DNA from: Ylistrum balloti
Taxonomy: Eukaryota
Direction: 5' to 3'
Assembly: GCF_031769215.1 (NCBI RefSeq)
Contig: NW_026782199.1
Location: forward strand, 682,001 to 746,000
DNA: 64,000 bases
Each line of letters opens with the position of its first letter. Position 1 is the stretch's first letter. The translations under genes and the position numbers were made by a program. Under the pieces are notes generated by a model that did no database searches, had not been told where the DNA came from, and saw nothing but the letters and a program-made list of their open reading frames with translations. Below are positions 40,001 through 64,000 of this stretch, piece by piece.

Positions 40001-43000
40001 ACATAAGATGTAGATTTGTTCAATAATTTACAGATATAAGTAATTTGAAAACAACGGGGAAAACAAGCATTTCTGAAGTACAATCATACAAGCATCATAT
40101 AAAAAAAAAGCCATCTCAAATACACATTTTGAATAGACGCATATTTACCTAAATTATATGTCTACCTGATACTGGTATAGATCTGTGACATGCAAATTTA
40201 GTTGTGAACTTTATATAAAAAAGATTCATTCACACCAAGAATTTCTATACTTGAATATACATAGAATGTTATGGAGGCCTGCAAAATAACTTACCGGTAC
40301 ATTCTAAAGAACTATTTTAACGCACAACAAAGATATTTGATAAAATACGATTAAGTATCAGTACACATGAATACTTAACTAATAAAAATCCCTTTCTATA
40401 AAGGGACACCACAGGTATACATCATATGCAGCTGAATATAGGTTTAATAATCCTGGTTTGAACACCATTAGATATACATGTATCATGGTATGTAGACCCT
40501 ACTGCCTAATTACATGCATAGAGGGAAACCACCAACATTAACAACTAAATAAGATGAAAATTTGTAATGTTGTTAATTAAGTGTTTTGAATAACTACATC
40601 AATTACGGTATACTAGTGTAGGTTCTAGGCTAATTTTGACACACCATAAAGACAAAAAGCAGCATATAACTTTCTTATTGAGCAAGTGAGCATTTTCTAT
40701 CCATGTTAATATTCCTCCAAGGTGATGGATTTCATATACTACCCAATTAATGTTACATGGAGCTGACACCGGAAATTAGTGCAATTTATATAATACCTAC
40801 GTTAATATTCCTTGAAGCTGTCACTGAGGACTAGTGAGTTTTATATACTACCCACATTTATATTTCTAAGAGTTAACAATGAAGACTAGCAGATTTAATA
40901 ACAAGAAGCTCACAGGCCTAAACAGTCATCTGACTCTAAATACCTATATATAAAAGAGGTCAAATAGGCCGAAAATAAATTACTCAACTACTCTACAAAT
41001 TAAAGAGAAGACATTGCTGGTTCATAAAAACATTTTCTGCAAGCTTGAAACCATATGCTACTACAACAATACCCTTACTCCAAAACTATTCCTTGTTGAA
41101 AAAGAATTTTTAAGATCTCAACTCACTTAACTTAAGAAATCTTGAATATCAAGGCCTATTATTTGAACTAACTGGTAGTCCTTCATCCACCTATATTAAA
41201 GAACCAAAAGCAACAGTCTGGACCTTTCTGTTATTGACAGGCCATTTGAAGATTTCAACATATTTGACCCCTGTGACCTTTAAGAACAGAAAAGGTCAAT
41301 TACATGAACAAAACTGGTAACAAGTCATCCCACCATGTCACATGCCCAATTTCAGCACCTTAAGCCTTTTGGTTATTGAGAAGAAGCTGTTTACAGGTTT
41401 TTACAAATTTGTCCCCTATGACTTTGATAATAGGTCAAGATTATTCATTTGAACAAACTTGGTAGTCATTCATCTCATAATGCTACAGGCGCAATATCAG
41501 CACCATGGGACAATTGTTTATTGAGAAGAAATTGTTTAAGATTTTAACTTATTTGACACCTGTGACCTTGAAGGTAGGTTTAAGTCAATAATATGAAAAA
41601 AACTTGGTAGCACTTCATCCAAGCATGCCAAATGTCCATTTTCAGCACCCTGGGCATTTTGGTGATTGCAAAGAAGTAATTTAAATATTTTAACACATTT
41701 GATACCTGTGACCTTGAAAGTGAGACAAGGTAATTCATTTTGACGAAATTGGAAGCTATTCCTCCCATCATGCTACAGGCCCAATTTCAGCACTATGGTG
41801 ATTTTGGTTATTGAGAAGAAGTCGTTTAAATATTTTGACCCCCGTGACCTTGCTTGTAGCCCTTCATCCCATCATGCTAAAGGCCCAATATTAGCAATCT
41901 GGGCCTTCTGGAAGAAGAAGAAGTCATTTGAATGGAAAGTTTATACACAGTGCACAACTACCGATGAAACACAGATGGCTATAGGTCATCCTGACCCTTC
42001 AGGTCAGATGACTTAAAAAAGAACCATTTAATCATATACCTTGGGTAACTACCCTGTTGTTAATGTACCGATTATAACACCCATTAGATATATGACCTAA
42101 CAGAGCTATGATTTGCTTTGGTTCCCATTAGAACTGTTTCCACTATCATATCACAACTTCACTGTGTCACATATCATGGATTGTAGTATCTAAGTTATGA
42201 GATAATTTTTTATTTAATCAAAGTAATACCTATTGTTACGACAACTATGTTAAATACAATCTTTCTCAATTCAAAATAAGCATCACTGCCTAAATTCACT
42301 TCTGTTTTGGCATCAATTTACACATTGTCTGTCTTACATTGTATATTGCTTGGTAAAATTACAACAAGAAAATACCAACATGTCAACAGAATCATAACCC
42401 AAACTCAATTAAACTGTAATGGCAAAATATGAGCAAAAGAAAGAACAAAGACTCCTGAAAAAGTTCACTGAGAATAAGACCATGTGTTATGAAAGAGTAA
42501 GCAACCTCTGCTTTATCAAAAACACCTGCCAGGTAAATCTTGGTCAACCCAAGTAAGAAATTATGTCACATTCCCAACTGAGAAAACGTTGTACAACAAG
42601 GAAGTTAACAGGCAAATTACCGAGCATCAAACATATCCAGCTTTATGCCACACAAAGAAAAAGAATATTTCTCTATGAGATCACTATGACGACCATTTAA
42701 AAATAAACCCACAAATCTTGAAATATGAAACCTTTAATCTTAAACCACAAACACAACTGCCAGGCATTCTGAATCATCAGTTATTTACTGTCAGCTAGCT
42801 CACTTGAAAATTATATACCAGTAAAACACCCCCTGGCACACCATCTTATTTCTTTGCAATGTTAACCACATGTACATGATACGGTAGTTAATTCAAGGTC
42901 ACTTTAAAGATATAACAGCATATCATGAACAAGTTGCCAATAGGCATTCTGACAAAATATAGGTACACATTAATTAAATGATTACCGGTAGTATAAAGTA

Positions 43001-46000
43001 TACAAGTAAATTATGATCTTTCCTAAACAGCATTCTTGAAATTCTTTCGACTTTCAATATCTTCTAGATGTAGTTCAAAACATACCAAATAAACTTAAGA
43101 CATTCACTAAATTTCTAAGTACATGTATAATCCAATGACATACGTATAATAATGTGAAGGAAATTCATAGCTTGTATCTGCACTGGGTATATTTTGATGT
43201 TTATTTGTAAGGAACTATAAAGTAACTAGTTGTAAAAATATCTTTAATAGACTCCCAATGTAGGGATGTCATAAATGAACTATTAGAAAGGTCTCCTCAC
43301 TTAATGTACTTTTAGGATATAAAATACTATAAATTGTTAGAATACAGTTTGTGTCCTGAAGAAAACCTATACATTATACGAGGACAAAACCCATCAAATA
43401 AACCAATAAATTTGTGACCTTGACCCCATTGCCTGTACAAAACTACATATAGACAATTAGACAATAAACTATTTTGGAGAGTTTGACCTCACAGTCTTAC
43501 ATGGATGAATGAGGGGAATTTAATCTAATGCAAATGAAGTAAACTGCTAGGCAATTGATTTAACATTTGCAGGAAGTTCATTTCCCTTCATCAGTCCATG
43601 CAGGCAACAAAATAGAAAATCAATCTCTGCATTTACATCATGTTTAAGGTTTTAATTTACAGAGGTAGATACACATTACGGTAGAATCATGTAGCATTGG
43701 CCAGGTTCAGCACTTGATGATATCTTGCTAATGCATTTTAACTACAAATAATATTGAATGTATTGCACACTATTTTCTACTTAAGTGTGCAAAGAATTAA
43801 AATACAGTACATTAGAGCTAATAATTGCTTCAAACTGGCCATTTGTTCGATTCACGTGACTGATTGTGATGTCATGGAAACATTAAACTTCATCTTTCAC
43901 TGGTTGTGTTATTAGAACTTCTATTCTAGTAACGAAGAGATGCCAAATTTTTCTCACCACTCATGAAGGAAATCCAACCCAACAAGACCAGATCCAATTT
44001 CGCATGAAATCTGGTATCCTTTGTACACATTTTAGAAAATGACAATTTTATCTTTGTAAACCTGATGATTTTTGTGAGATCACTTTTTTTCCCCAACTGT
44101 CTGCATTATAGCAGCATTTTGCTTTGTCACAGCTATTTTAATGGGTTAACTCATTTACAATAGACATGCACAGCAACATTACAAAATGTTGTCCCATTTT
44201 ATCTTTCTGCCCAGAAAAAATGCATGCCTGTCCATTTCTTTCATCAAGAAATAAAGGGATTGGATTTTATTACCTTCATTAAAGCAAGGCTAACCAGAAA
44301 TGTAAACAGAGTGTATAGTTATTGCAGTTGTTATTCCAGTTAGGCTCCTTTATACTAGCTACTGTATATACATGTACATATAAAAGATTGTGACATTTCT
44401 ACTTGAAGGACAGCTCAAGCTACTTTTGTTTCTGACTATAGAATGAAGTATTGTATTCTATGCATGTGTGTCTACGGATCAAATATATGTGGTAGGAAGT
44501 ACTTGACCTTGCAGTGATCCACTTACCACATCATCATGCACCCTTCCATTACAACATAGCCATGGCTAAACGGACAATACCAATACTTTATAGTACAACA
44601 AATACCAATACAAAGAGAAGTAATTCTTTATCTTACCTAGTTATCCTGAAAACCCTTCCAATACAAGATAGTATTCATAGCTTACAACACACAAAAAGAA
44701 ACTATTTTATACAGCTGAATCCCTATAGGCACATTTTCATGAATCATCCTTAAATTAAAGAAATCACCTCCACAGAAATACATTACATCAGTTAAAGAGA
44801 TACTTAAAGTAAAGGGAGTTGTGTAATTCTTTTCTATGATCACAGGAGTAAAGATCTTTTTTAACTTCCCAGGAAAACAAAATTTAATTTCTCCATCTTT
44901 AAATGAAACTGCATTAAAAAACTCAAAAACAAAACAAAAAAGAAAAAAGGATATATATCTTTCATGAACTACGAAAAAAATGCTTTCAAATTGCTTTATT
45001 TCTATAGAATACATCTCCATGCCACACAGCAAAACCAAATAGATGGAGTTCCAATGTAAACCATGAAATATTCATTTTTAGAAATTTGTTTTCTATATTA
45101 ATTTTTCTTAAATTCAAAAAAAATTATATATCATAATTTCTAAATATTGGAATCAGAAATGTGTCTACTCATAAAATTTGATAAAATATTTATGATTAAT
45201 TTCCAAAAATGAATTCCCTTATGCATAAACCAGTGTATACAATCTGCCAATTTAACAAACCCTATTTACCGGTACTGCCAAAACATTTCAGCAACAGCTT
45301 CTGTATATACATGTACTGTGTATAATACACTTCATTAAAACCCTCCAGAAAAGTCTACAGGAACTAAGAAATGAAGAGCAAACAATTCAGTCACACAGCT
45401 GATAATTACCCTATACTTTCAGCTACTTATGAGTAAACTCTGACAAATGAATGAATAAAGGAAACACAAACTGTACATTAAACACTTAAATGTTACCAGC
45501 AATGAAAAATAAAGAAAGTTTTCAGTATATTGCATGATGTATACAGGTGTGGCAATCTTTTTACCTATAAACACCAGAGGAAGTTAAAATATCTAGAATT
45601 ATGTCTCTTTTGAAAACCAAAGATCAATTCAACCAATAGGAAGTGAATAAAGTTAGTATCTGTTAACTTTCCTCCAAGCTTGCTACAGGTCCAATATTAG
45701 TACCTTGGGCCACTTGCTTATTGTCAAGTTGTTTAAATGGAAAAGTTAATGCTGGACAGACAGACATCTGATCAGATGTCTTGCCATGTCTTTTCTGGTA
45801 AGGTAATGTTTTTGTTTACAGCAGTAAAAATCCTATCTGGATACATTTTTTTGTGATTTGTGACTTTTCTTTCTAAATTTTGTTGCCTTTTTCAATAATT
45901 ACCAGCTTATTTTAGCAATGCATTCCCTAGTACACTTGTTGCTGTCTTTATAACAGTATTGAAACTAAAATAAATTGTTTATTATCAACTGTAACCATCA

Positions 46001-49000
46001 AGTGGAACAATCATTTTGATGGGAACTTTGCCAGTTTTGTGCTAAAATACAACGCCCGCCCCCCCTTCCCCCTTCCTACTGGATGTCATTAATGGTAACT
46101 TAAATCACATTATTAACTGGTTAGGATCTATTGTGACATCTCCATATCATTCAATTTCTTCTTCAATGAATAATTCCATGGGCAATCTCAGCATTTCACA
46201 CATGACTAAGTCAACTGCAATTTCACACATGACCAAGTCAACTGCAAGAAGTTTTAATTAGGTATTTGTATGGTTCACAAAAGACTTTACCAGGAATATT
46301 CTTATTTGTACCAGGTACACTGTATTTCTATATTTATCACATCATTGAAATACTTGATTCCTTCCATATATATTCAATTACTTCCTGATTTCCTTCAGCT
46401 TAAAAAGATATGTATACCTGGACCAGGTAAAATGTAATCTTATACTGTATAACAAAAGCAAATAAAACAAGACAGAATTACTTAAATGGCTTAAACACTG
46501 TCTCCAAAATGCTGAACCTAATTCTTTTTTGTTTTTATTTTATTTTTGAAAGACTTACTACATATATGATGATAAACCACGAGTACACTTCCATTCACTC
46601 ACTCACATCCCTACCACCACCATCATCACTATCATCATCATCATGGCATCACTACATCATTATCATCATCATCATGACATCACTACATCATTATCATCCT
46701 CCTCATCATCTTCAATTATCATAGTATCAGTGTTACATTGTGTTATTTTGACATATATACATCATTGTAAATCTCTGAAACACTCCCATTCATGCATATT
46801 GAATTTTTTAACCTTGTGGCACACACACAAAACACCCAAACCTTTATAATTCCAAACAGAGAGGATTGTTTGTTGACAGAAAATTGAATAATCATTGCAG
46901 ATGTAGGTGTTTCTAGAGTTCGAACTTCTTGACATTCCTAAAGGATATGAGTGATTGTTTCCGTTTCAGAGTCACATAGGTTACATAATGGACTGATAAC
47001 TAGCCATTAAAGATAGCTTCCCAGTCTTTGTTGGTTAAATCAAATAGTTCCCACCATTTTCCTTACCCAGTTGGTACTGCCCGAGTTCAGTTTATAAAAT
47101 GTACAAATCCTTGGTACCTTTCGGCTTTCACAAAAATGTCTAAATATATAATGGTATTATGGACAGCACCACAATATTCTCTAATGGTAACCAATCGGAA
47201 ATAAATTTCTTAACAGAAGTCACTAACCCTTGATATTTAAGAAAATTGTTATATGTTTGTACAAAATCTTCAAAACGTAGAAACGATTCAAGGTTATCAG
47301 ACCCTACAAAATCCTTTTCTGTAACACTGATTGAAAAATCTGGTTTGCCAGATATAGCAATATTTCTATTGAACCAAAGAGGTGTTTGTAACAATGTGTT
47401 TTTATTATCAATATTGGTTTCTATAGAAAACTGTTATTTATACTATGCTTTAAAAACTTCTTTACAAAATTTATTATTACAATTCCTATGGCAGTTTTGT
47501 ATGTACTCACCTTCGATATTTAGCAAAACATCAGTGTTTACATAAGTATTTAAAAGCCAAAACCACTTGCCTGGTGTATGATACAGTCTTCTAACCAACC
47601 TTAGTTTTAACACATCTGTAAAAGCCCTTATGTTAACCATTTACAATCCCCCAATTATAAAATCTTGAACAACAGTTTCTCACTTATTCTTATTAACTTT
47701 GCTGTTCCATTGGAATTCAAACAAGGTGGAGTTAATTTTGTTGATTGTGTTTTCATCTGGATTGGGTAGAGCTGCAAAAATTTGATTGAATTGTGAAATA
47801 AAAAGAGATTTAATTAAGTGTACCTACCCTCTAGGAGTTTGATTTCTTCTTTGCCAAGTATTAACAAGGGTTTTTAGCTTTACAATTTTTTGTAACAATT
47901 GATCTTTGGCATAGCATGAAAGTTGACATCAAATTCTATCCCAGGTTAAATCTTTCCTTCCCCTTCTGCAGATTAAGTTCAGGCATAAATATGTCCTGGT
48001 TATACTTTTCTGACCTCATCCATATAGCCTGTGTCTTATCAGTATTTACTTTAAGCCCCAAGATATTCACATAGACATTTAATTCTTTCAGAGATTCTGA
48101 TATGAAAAAAGTGTTGTCCGCATACTGAAAGACAAGTCTTGGGAAATCATCTGCTTTAAAACAGTTGATTTTTCTGTTATTTTCACTTCATGGCTGAAAC
48201 TTCTGCACATAAGATTAATATATACAATGAGATCAGGTCCCCCTGTCTACAGCCACATTTTAAGTAAAAAAAACGTAGGCTGAACCTAATTCAAATAAGC
48301 TTTACATTCTTCAACTACATGTGCATATGTTAAATTTAATATTCTTTATTGTATATATATATTTCCTTTATTCATAAAAAATGAAAATGAATTTCCTGTG
48401 TATTCAAATTCATATGTGTATAGAAAAAAAAAAGGTAACATGTACACATGATAGGCAGTTTCTTATCCGTCTGTATTATATGTCTCTGAATAAGTCCAAG
48501 GGGATGAACTTATTACTGGACAATGAAATTAAGGGGCATAGTATCCGAGTACTGACTTACACTGCAAACCAGCTGTACACTATTCATTTAAGAGAAAAAA
48601 GGTTACTTGGGGAGAGTTCAAAATCATGATGTAACTCGACATTAGTTTAATAAAACCAGAATGTAAATGAAAAACAGAGTATAAATAAAACTGTTTGGAA
48701 CTACTAGTTACATAAACAACATGTTCAACTTTCAGTTTGCGGAGTTATTTCAAAGACGGAAACATAACATATAAAGTGTATGTATGCTGATCCTTTATTG
48801 ATAGTCCTGTAGAGTGACACTGTTAGGTAACTTATTTAAGCACACTACAGTATGTGCTTATTTCTATATTTTTCTGACAAGGTCATTTTTTCAATGTTGC
48901 AATTTCAACCTATTTGCATTTAAAGAATTATTTTTTTAGAAGTCTCATTAATATAAACTTACCATGGTTGCGTAAGGGAGGCCGGTCACTAGATAGACCT

Positions 49001-49055
49001 TCGATCTCTCCCGCACTTGAGTCCACACTGCCTTACTAAGCGTTGTAAACAACAT
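34025..49055 (-). CDS. GPX4: Phospholipid-hydroperoxide glutathione peroxidase (GPX4-type selenoprotein)
   Basis: Exons: 49055/48965-48963 (ATG then GTAAGT), 36854-36760, 35967-35820, 35246-35098, 34696-34612, 34057-34025 (TAG). Motifs NVASK-U(TGA 35930-35928)-[15 protein letters not shown] and [14 protein letters not shown]. 170 aa from the downstream ATG. Confidence 0.95.
35430..35650 (+). mobile_element. Fragment of the same HINE-like repeat family (3' end)
   Basis: Ends in ...gtaggtcatcctgag..., like the 3' end at 41984. Confidence 0.35.
36330..36790. repeat. 32-bp tandem array (~14 copies) containing the GPX4 exon-2 3' end plus splice donor
   Basis: On the minus strand the unit is GATGTATCTCTTGGAAAATACAG|GTAAGAAGT, matching exon end DVSLEKY-R plus the donor at 36760/36759. 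Confidence 0.95.
37740..38600. mobile_element. Dispersed repeat with internal degenerate ~160-250-bp subrepeats
   Basis: A ccatggtaacagaaaaa...actagggcac motif recurs near 37850, 38100, 38270 and 38430. Confidence 0.45.
40899..42015 (+). mobile_element. Non-autonomous Helentron/HINE (pearl-like) element with internal ~145-bp tandem repeats
   Basis: Starts ACAAGAAG. Subterminal inverted repeat gtcatctgac (40925-40934) / gtcagatgac (42003-42012). 3' hairpin ctgacc-cttca-ggtcag. Five tttgac.cctgtgacctt units near 41263, 41408, 41552, 41698 and 41835. Confidence 0.65.
46615..46720. repeat. Degenerate (CAT)n microsatellite
   Basis: Directly visible, adjacent to the LINE 3' end. Confidence 0.8.
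46760..48290 (-). mobile_element. 5'-truncated, decayed L1/Tx1-like LINE (RT C-terminal half) in GPX4 intron 1
   Basis: Remnant peptides [47 protein letters not shown] and PLWFNRNI, interrupted by many stops and frameshifts. Confidence 0.8.
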
Positions 49056-49409
49056 AAGTATTGGGAATTTTGCTCGGTAAGGCGTGACGGATGATAGTTT
49101 CGTATAAATTATCTTTTTAAAGCCGTAGTGACATTATGATTATAATTTTGCAATCGTTTGTCAAAAAAGAAAAGGCCATTATATTTTTCAAATATAAATA
49201 TATATTCTTAGATATCCCTTTATACGAAACTACATGAACTAGGTTCTAAACATGCTTAGTGTTATTCACGAAGTGCACAAACATTTTACTGTCGATGTTC
49301 TGATTGCTTACTTCCGGAGGAAAAACACGCTTTTTACAGATAAACAAAGTGGTGCAATAATTCTACATTATATTCCACTGAGAGTTTTGTTTATAATCAG
49401 GGGCTAAAA
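49056..49409. promoter_or_regulatory. Putative bidirectional promoter shared by GPX4 and POLR2E
   Basis: Only 354 bp separate the divergent start codons. An ETS-type ACTTCCGG motif lies at 49310-49317. Confidence 0.65.
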
Positions 49410-60506
<11,097 letters not shown>

Positions 60507-61599
60507 GTGAGTTTTTCTTTTCATTAAAGGAAATTTTATGTAAAGTATTTGTCCTCAGATCACACAGTGTCACTGCCCTCCAAGAGTTCTGTTGAACATT
60601 TGTTTGTATTGTGTTGTTGTAGGTATATGGTAGTAATTCAGCCAATTAGAAGACTAAAAATATTGCTTCCCCAATATGTTTCTAGTTGTGCATTGTTTGT
60701 TCAAAAAACTAAGATGGCTTACAGATTTCAGATTTGGACTGTTTAATGGTGTTAAATTTTAGATTGACAAGCTGAATGCTTTTGTTATTCTTGTGTCTGT
60801 AAGCTTTGAAATCTGTTAAAGGGAAACTGTATTTCAGTGAAGAAAAGCTGTATATTTATGGGTTTGATTCCTATTTTTCCGATGATATGAGCGTTAATTT
60901 TATCACCAGATTAATTCCATTCTCCATATTCCAAGTGTTACAGTCACTTTTGCTCTCTGCACCTCTGGGACATTTTATGGTAAAACTGAACACACAAGTG
61001 AAGTAATTTCATTGATTCAAGGAGGAAAAAAATTGACCAATCACAGGCCAATATGCTTCTTTTGAAGATTACAAATGAGTGACAGTCAACTTCAAAGACA
61101 TCACAATATATTGTTATGCAACCCTGAGCTTGTCTTTTGAACTTGTCCACATGGTGTTGCACAAGGAACCTTCAGTTTTACCTTCAAATCTTTCTGGTTA
61201 CTAAAGAACATTATTCCACTTCCATATTCCTTGTCATTGCACACTGCTTCATGTATTAAAATGAAAAGATTAATGAAAAAATAAAAGTGTATGTGGTGAA
61301 AAGGACATTTTGGACGTGTGCTTTCTTCATATTTTTCTGCCTCTATGTACTGATGTACCCTTCCTTTATTTCTTTATTTCAATCCATCATACACAGTATG
61401 AGTGTCCTTGGCACTTTGAAATTTTAGTTATCAAGGTATAACTACAGTAAAAATATGGTTAATTTAACATAACTGGCATTTGATTCAAAGATCGGTGGTA
61501 TTTATCTCCCGATTAAGACTATCAAGACTATATTTCAAATAGTTAATCAATTCATTCATTCATATGTGTACATAGATGTAATTAAAACTTACCTGTCAC

Positions 61600-62627
61600 T
61601 TCAGTGTGTATCAGCAAAATTTTTTTTGTAGAAAGCTATTTATTCATTTCAATTTAGCAAATCTTTCTCAAATTTCATGTGTCAATTCCCCTTGATTTCT
61701 AGTTGTGCCTGTTTGATTTTGAGACTGATCAGAAACACAAAATTACTGCAAGGCGGCCATCTATATATGTCCGATAGATTTCTCTAAAATTTCATATGTT
61801 GGTTCCTCTGGGTCCCTAGGTTGTACATGTTTGATTTTGGGACTGATCAGAAAAATGAAATGGCAGACAGGTGACCATATTGGATTTGGCAGTTAAAGAT
61901 TATTATCTCTATTTCTGCAAAGGAATGTTCAAATTTCTTAGCATTAAGAGCAAAAACAGAGAAGAGAAAAGAAAGGAAAAGATTCAACTTTCAAAGAACA
62001 AATAAAGAACAAACAATGGTGGGCGCTACAATCTCTATGAGATCTATTGTTAGTTTTGAAACTGTTAAAACAACAAGAAAGAGACATGGAGATACAGTAT
62101 ACTATCAGACCAATGATTGAATCAATTTCAACCAAATTAAGTGTGAAATATCATATAGAGTGGAAAATCATTTCTCGAATTCAGAAACTTGATTTGATCC
62201 CTATGTAACTGGGGGTGGGCAGGACCCCAAATGGGAAAGTATGTCAATATTTTGCTTCAAAACACTACTCCTTCTTAATGCTTGAATCAATTTCAACCAA
62301 ATTAAGTGCGAAATATCATTTAGAGTGGAGAATTATTTCTGAACTTCAGCGACCAGGTTCAACACCTAAGCACTTGGGGGCAAACCCCAAAAGGGCAGGG
62401 AAGTTATACTACATTTTGCTTCAAAATGCTACTCTTCCTTAATGCTTGAATGGATTTCAGTGTTATTTGGTTTGAAACATCACTGAGGTTGGGAAATATT
62501 TCTTAAATTCAGAAAAAGTACCTGATAAGCTGTAGAGTAGTTGAGCAATTATTTTATGCCTATTTGGCCTCTTTCCTATGAAGGGCTTTATAGTCAGATG
62601 ACCAGAAAGGCCCATGGACCTCTTGTT
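61600..62627 (-). mobile_element. HINE-like element of the same family as 40899-42015
   Basis: The minus-strand start AACAAGAGGTCCATGGGCCTTTCTGGTCATCTGAC shares the gtcatctgac subterminal motif. Internal repeats gaatcaatttcaaccaaatt. Left boundary approximate. Confidence 0.55.
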
Positions 62628-63309
62628 CTCAGGTCGCGTCTTTACTATTTGACAGTTGTACATAATTTATATTTTTTCATTTTGTGTTTATGATACCTCT
62701 GCCAAGTCAAATACAGCAACTGACCACTACCTACTGCACCATTCACAATACAACACAAAATATCAATAACTCCATTTTCATTTTTTTATGATTGCTTAAC
62801 ATTTCTGTGATCAGCATCACATTTAGTTATTTTATCTAGAAAAGAAATATTTATAAAAGTTGTTTTTTTTTTTAGTTTCAACTTTAAGCTCTTGTTATCT
62901 AATCATATTACCGATTTGATCTTACTGATTTTGAATAGAAAATCTGTTTAATTGAAAAACATAATTATACTTCAATTCTGGCATATTCATGACTTGTTCT
63001 AGCATCACAGTGGGCAAATATCAACTTACATGACCTTTGACCTCGGGTATCATTCGTAGGTCAATGACATAGACATGGGAGGGGCAGAGACTTAGTTACT
63101 AATTAGTTACTGTTGTTGATTAGCAGAAAAGAAATCAAATTGTGAAAATGTTTTCATTGTCCTTTAAAATGATAAGATAGATTAACACACACTAAGCCAT
63201 TTAATGTAAAGTTGTCAGATAACAGGAAGCTAGCCCACTCACTATACTATTTTGGTGTTAAGTTGGAAGAAAAGGTGTTGGATTTCAAATGTGGTGTTAA
63301 AGACAAACT

Positions 63310-64000
63310 CTGGTCATTGTGTGGTGTCTAGAGACAAACTTTGTGTGGGTAACAGATCACTGTGTGGTGTCTAGAGACAAACTTTGTGTGGGTAACAGAT
63401 CATTGTGTGGTGTCTAGAGTCAAACTTTGTGTGGGTAACAGATCATTGTGTGGTGTCTAGAGACAAACTTTGTGTGGGTAACAGATCATTGTGTGGTGTC
63501 TAGAGACAAACTTTGTGTGGGTAACAGATCATTGTGTGGTGTCTAGAGACAAACTTTGTGTGATAACAGATCATTGTGTGGTGTCTACAGACAAACTTTG
63601 TGTGATAACAGATCATTGTGTGGTGTCTAGAGACAAACTTTGTGTGGGAACAGATCATTGTGTGGTGTCTAGAGTCAAACTTTGTGTGGGTAACAGATCA
63701 TTGTGTGGTGTCTAGAGACAAACTTTGTGTGGGTAACAGATCATTGTGTGGTGTCTAGAGTCAAACTTTGTGTGGGTAACAGATCACTGTGTGGTGTCTA
63801 GAGTCAAACTTTGTGTGGGTAACAGATCATTGTGTGGTGTCTAGAGTCAAACTTTGTGTGGGTAACAGATCATTGTGTGGTGTCTAGAGACAAACTTTGT
63901 GTGGGTAACAGATCATTGTGTGGTGTCTAGAGACAAACTTTGTGTGGGTAACAGATCATTGTGTGGTGTCTAGAGACAAACTTTGTGTGGGTAACAGATC
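63310..64000. repeat. 43-bp minisatellite running off the right edge (probably in the last POLR2E intron)
   Basis: Unit gtgtggtgtctagagacaaactttgtgtgggtaacagatcatt, about 16 copies visible. Confidence 0.95.

Noticed and set aside
63491-63715. Cys/Val-rich 74-aa ORF
   Set aside because: It is a translation of the 43-bp minisatellite.

Overview
AT-rich, intron-rich animal genomic DNA; the repeat families look like those of a bivalve mollusc (inference). I hand-spliced five genes using GT-AG sites and codon-phase checks. (1) DNA ligase IV (LIG4), minus strand, 15 coding exons, continuing past the left edge. (2) An unrecognised multi-exon gene of at least ~930 aa with a Gln/Pro-rich region, minus strand. 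(3) A nucleoredoxin-like 2 type thioredoxin-fold gene with an intact WCPPC motif and an acidic insertion, plus strand. (4) A GPX4-type selenoprotein glutathione peroxidase with an in-frame TGA, a type II SECIS and two in-frame ATGs, minus strand. (5) POLR2E/RPB5, plus strand, head-to-head with GPX4, containing a U12-type intron; its last exon lies outside the window. The most unusual pattern is that four of the eight long tandem arrays, plus one nascent duplication, are built from the 3' end of a coding exon plus its 5' splice site. These stack roughly 14-37 copies of a donor site behind the functional one. The rest of the window is other minisatellites, a decayed LINE, MITEs and Helentron/HINE-like repeats. 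Exon coordinates were counted by hand and repeat copy numbers are approximate.
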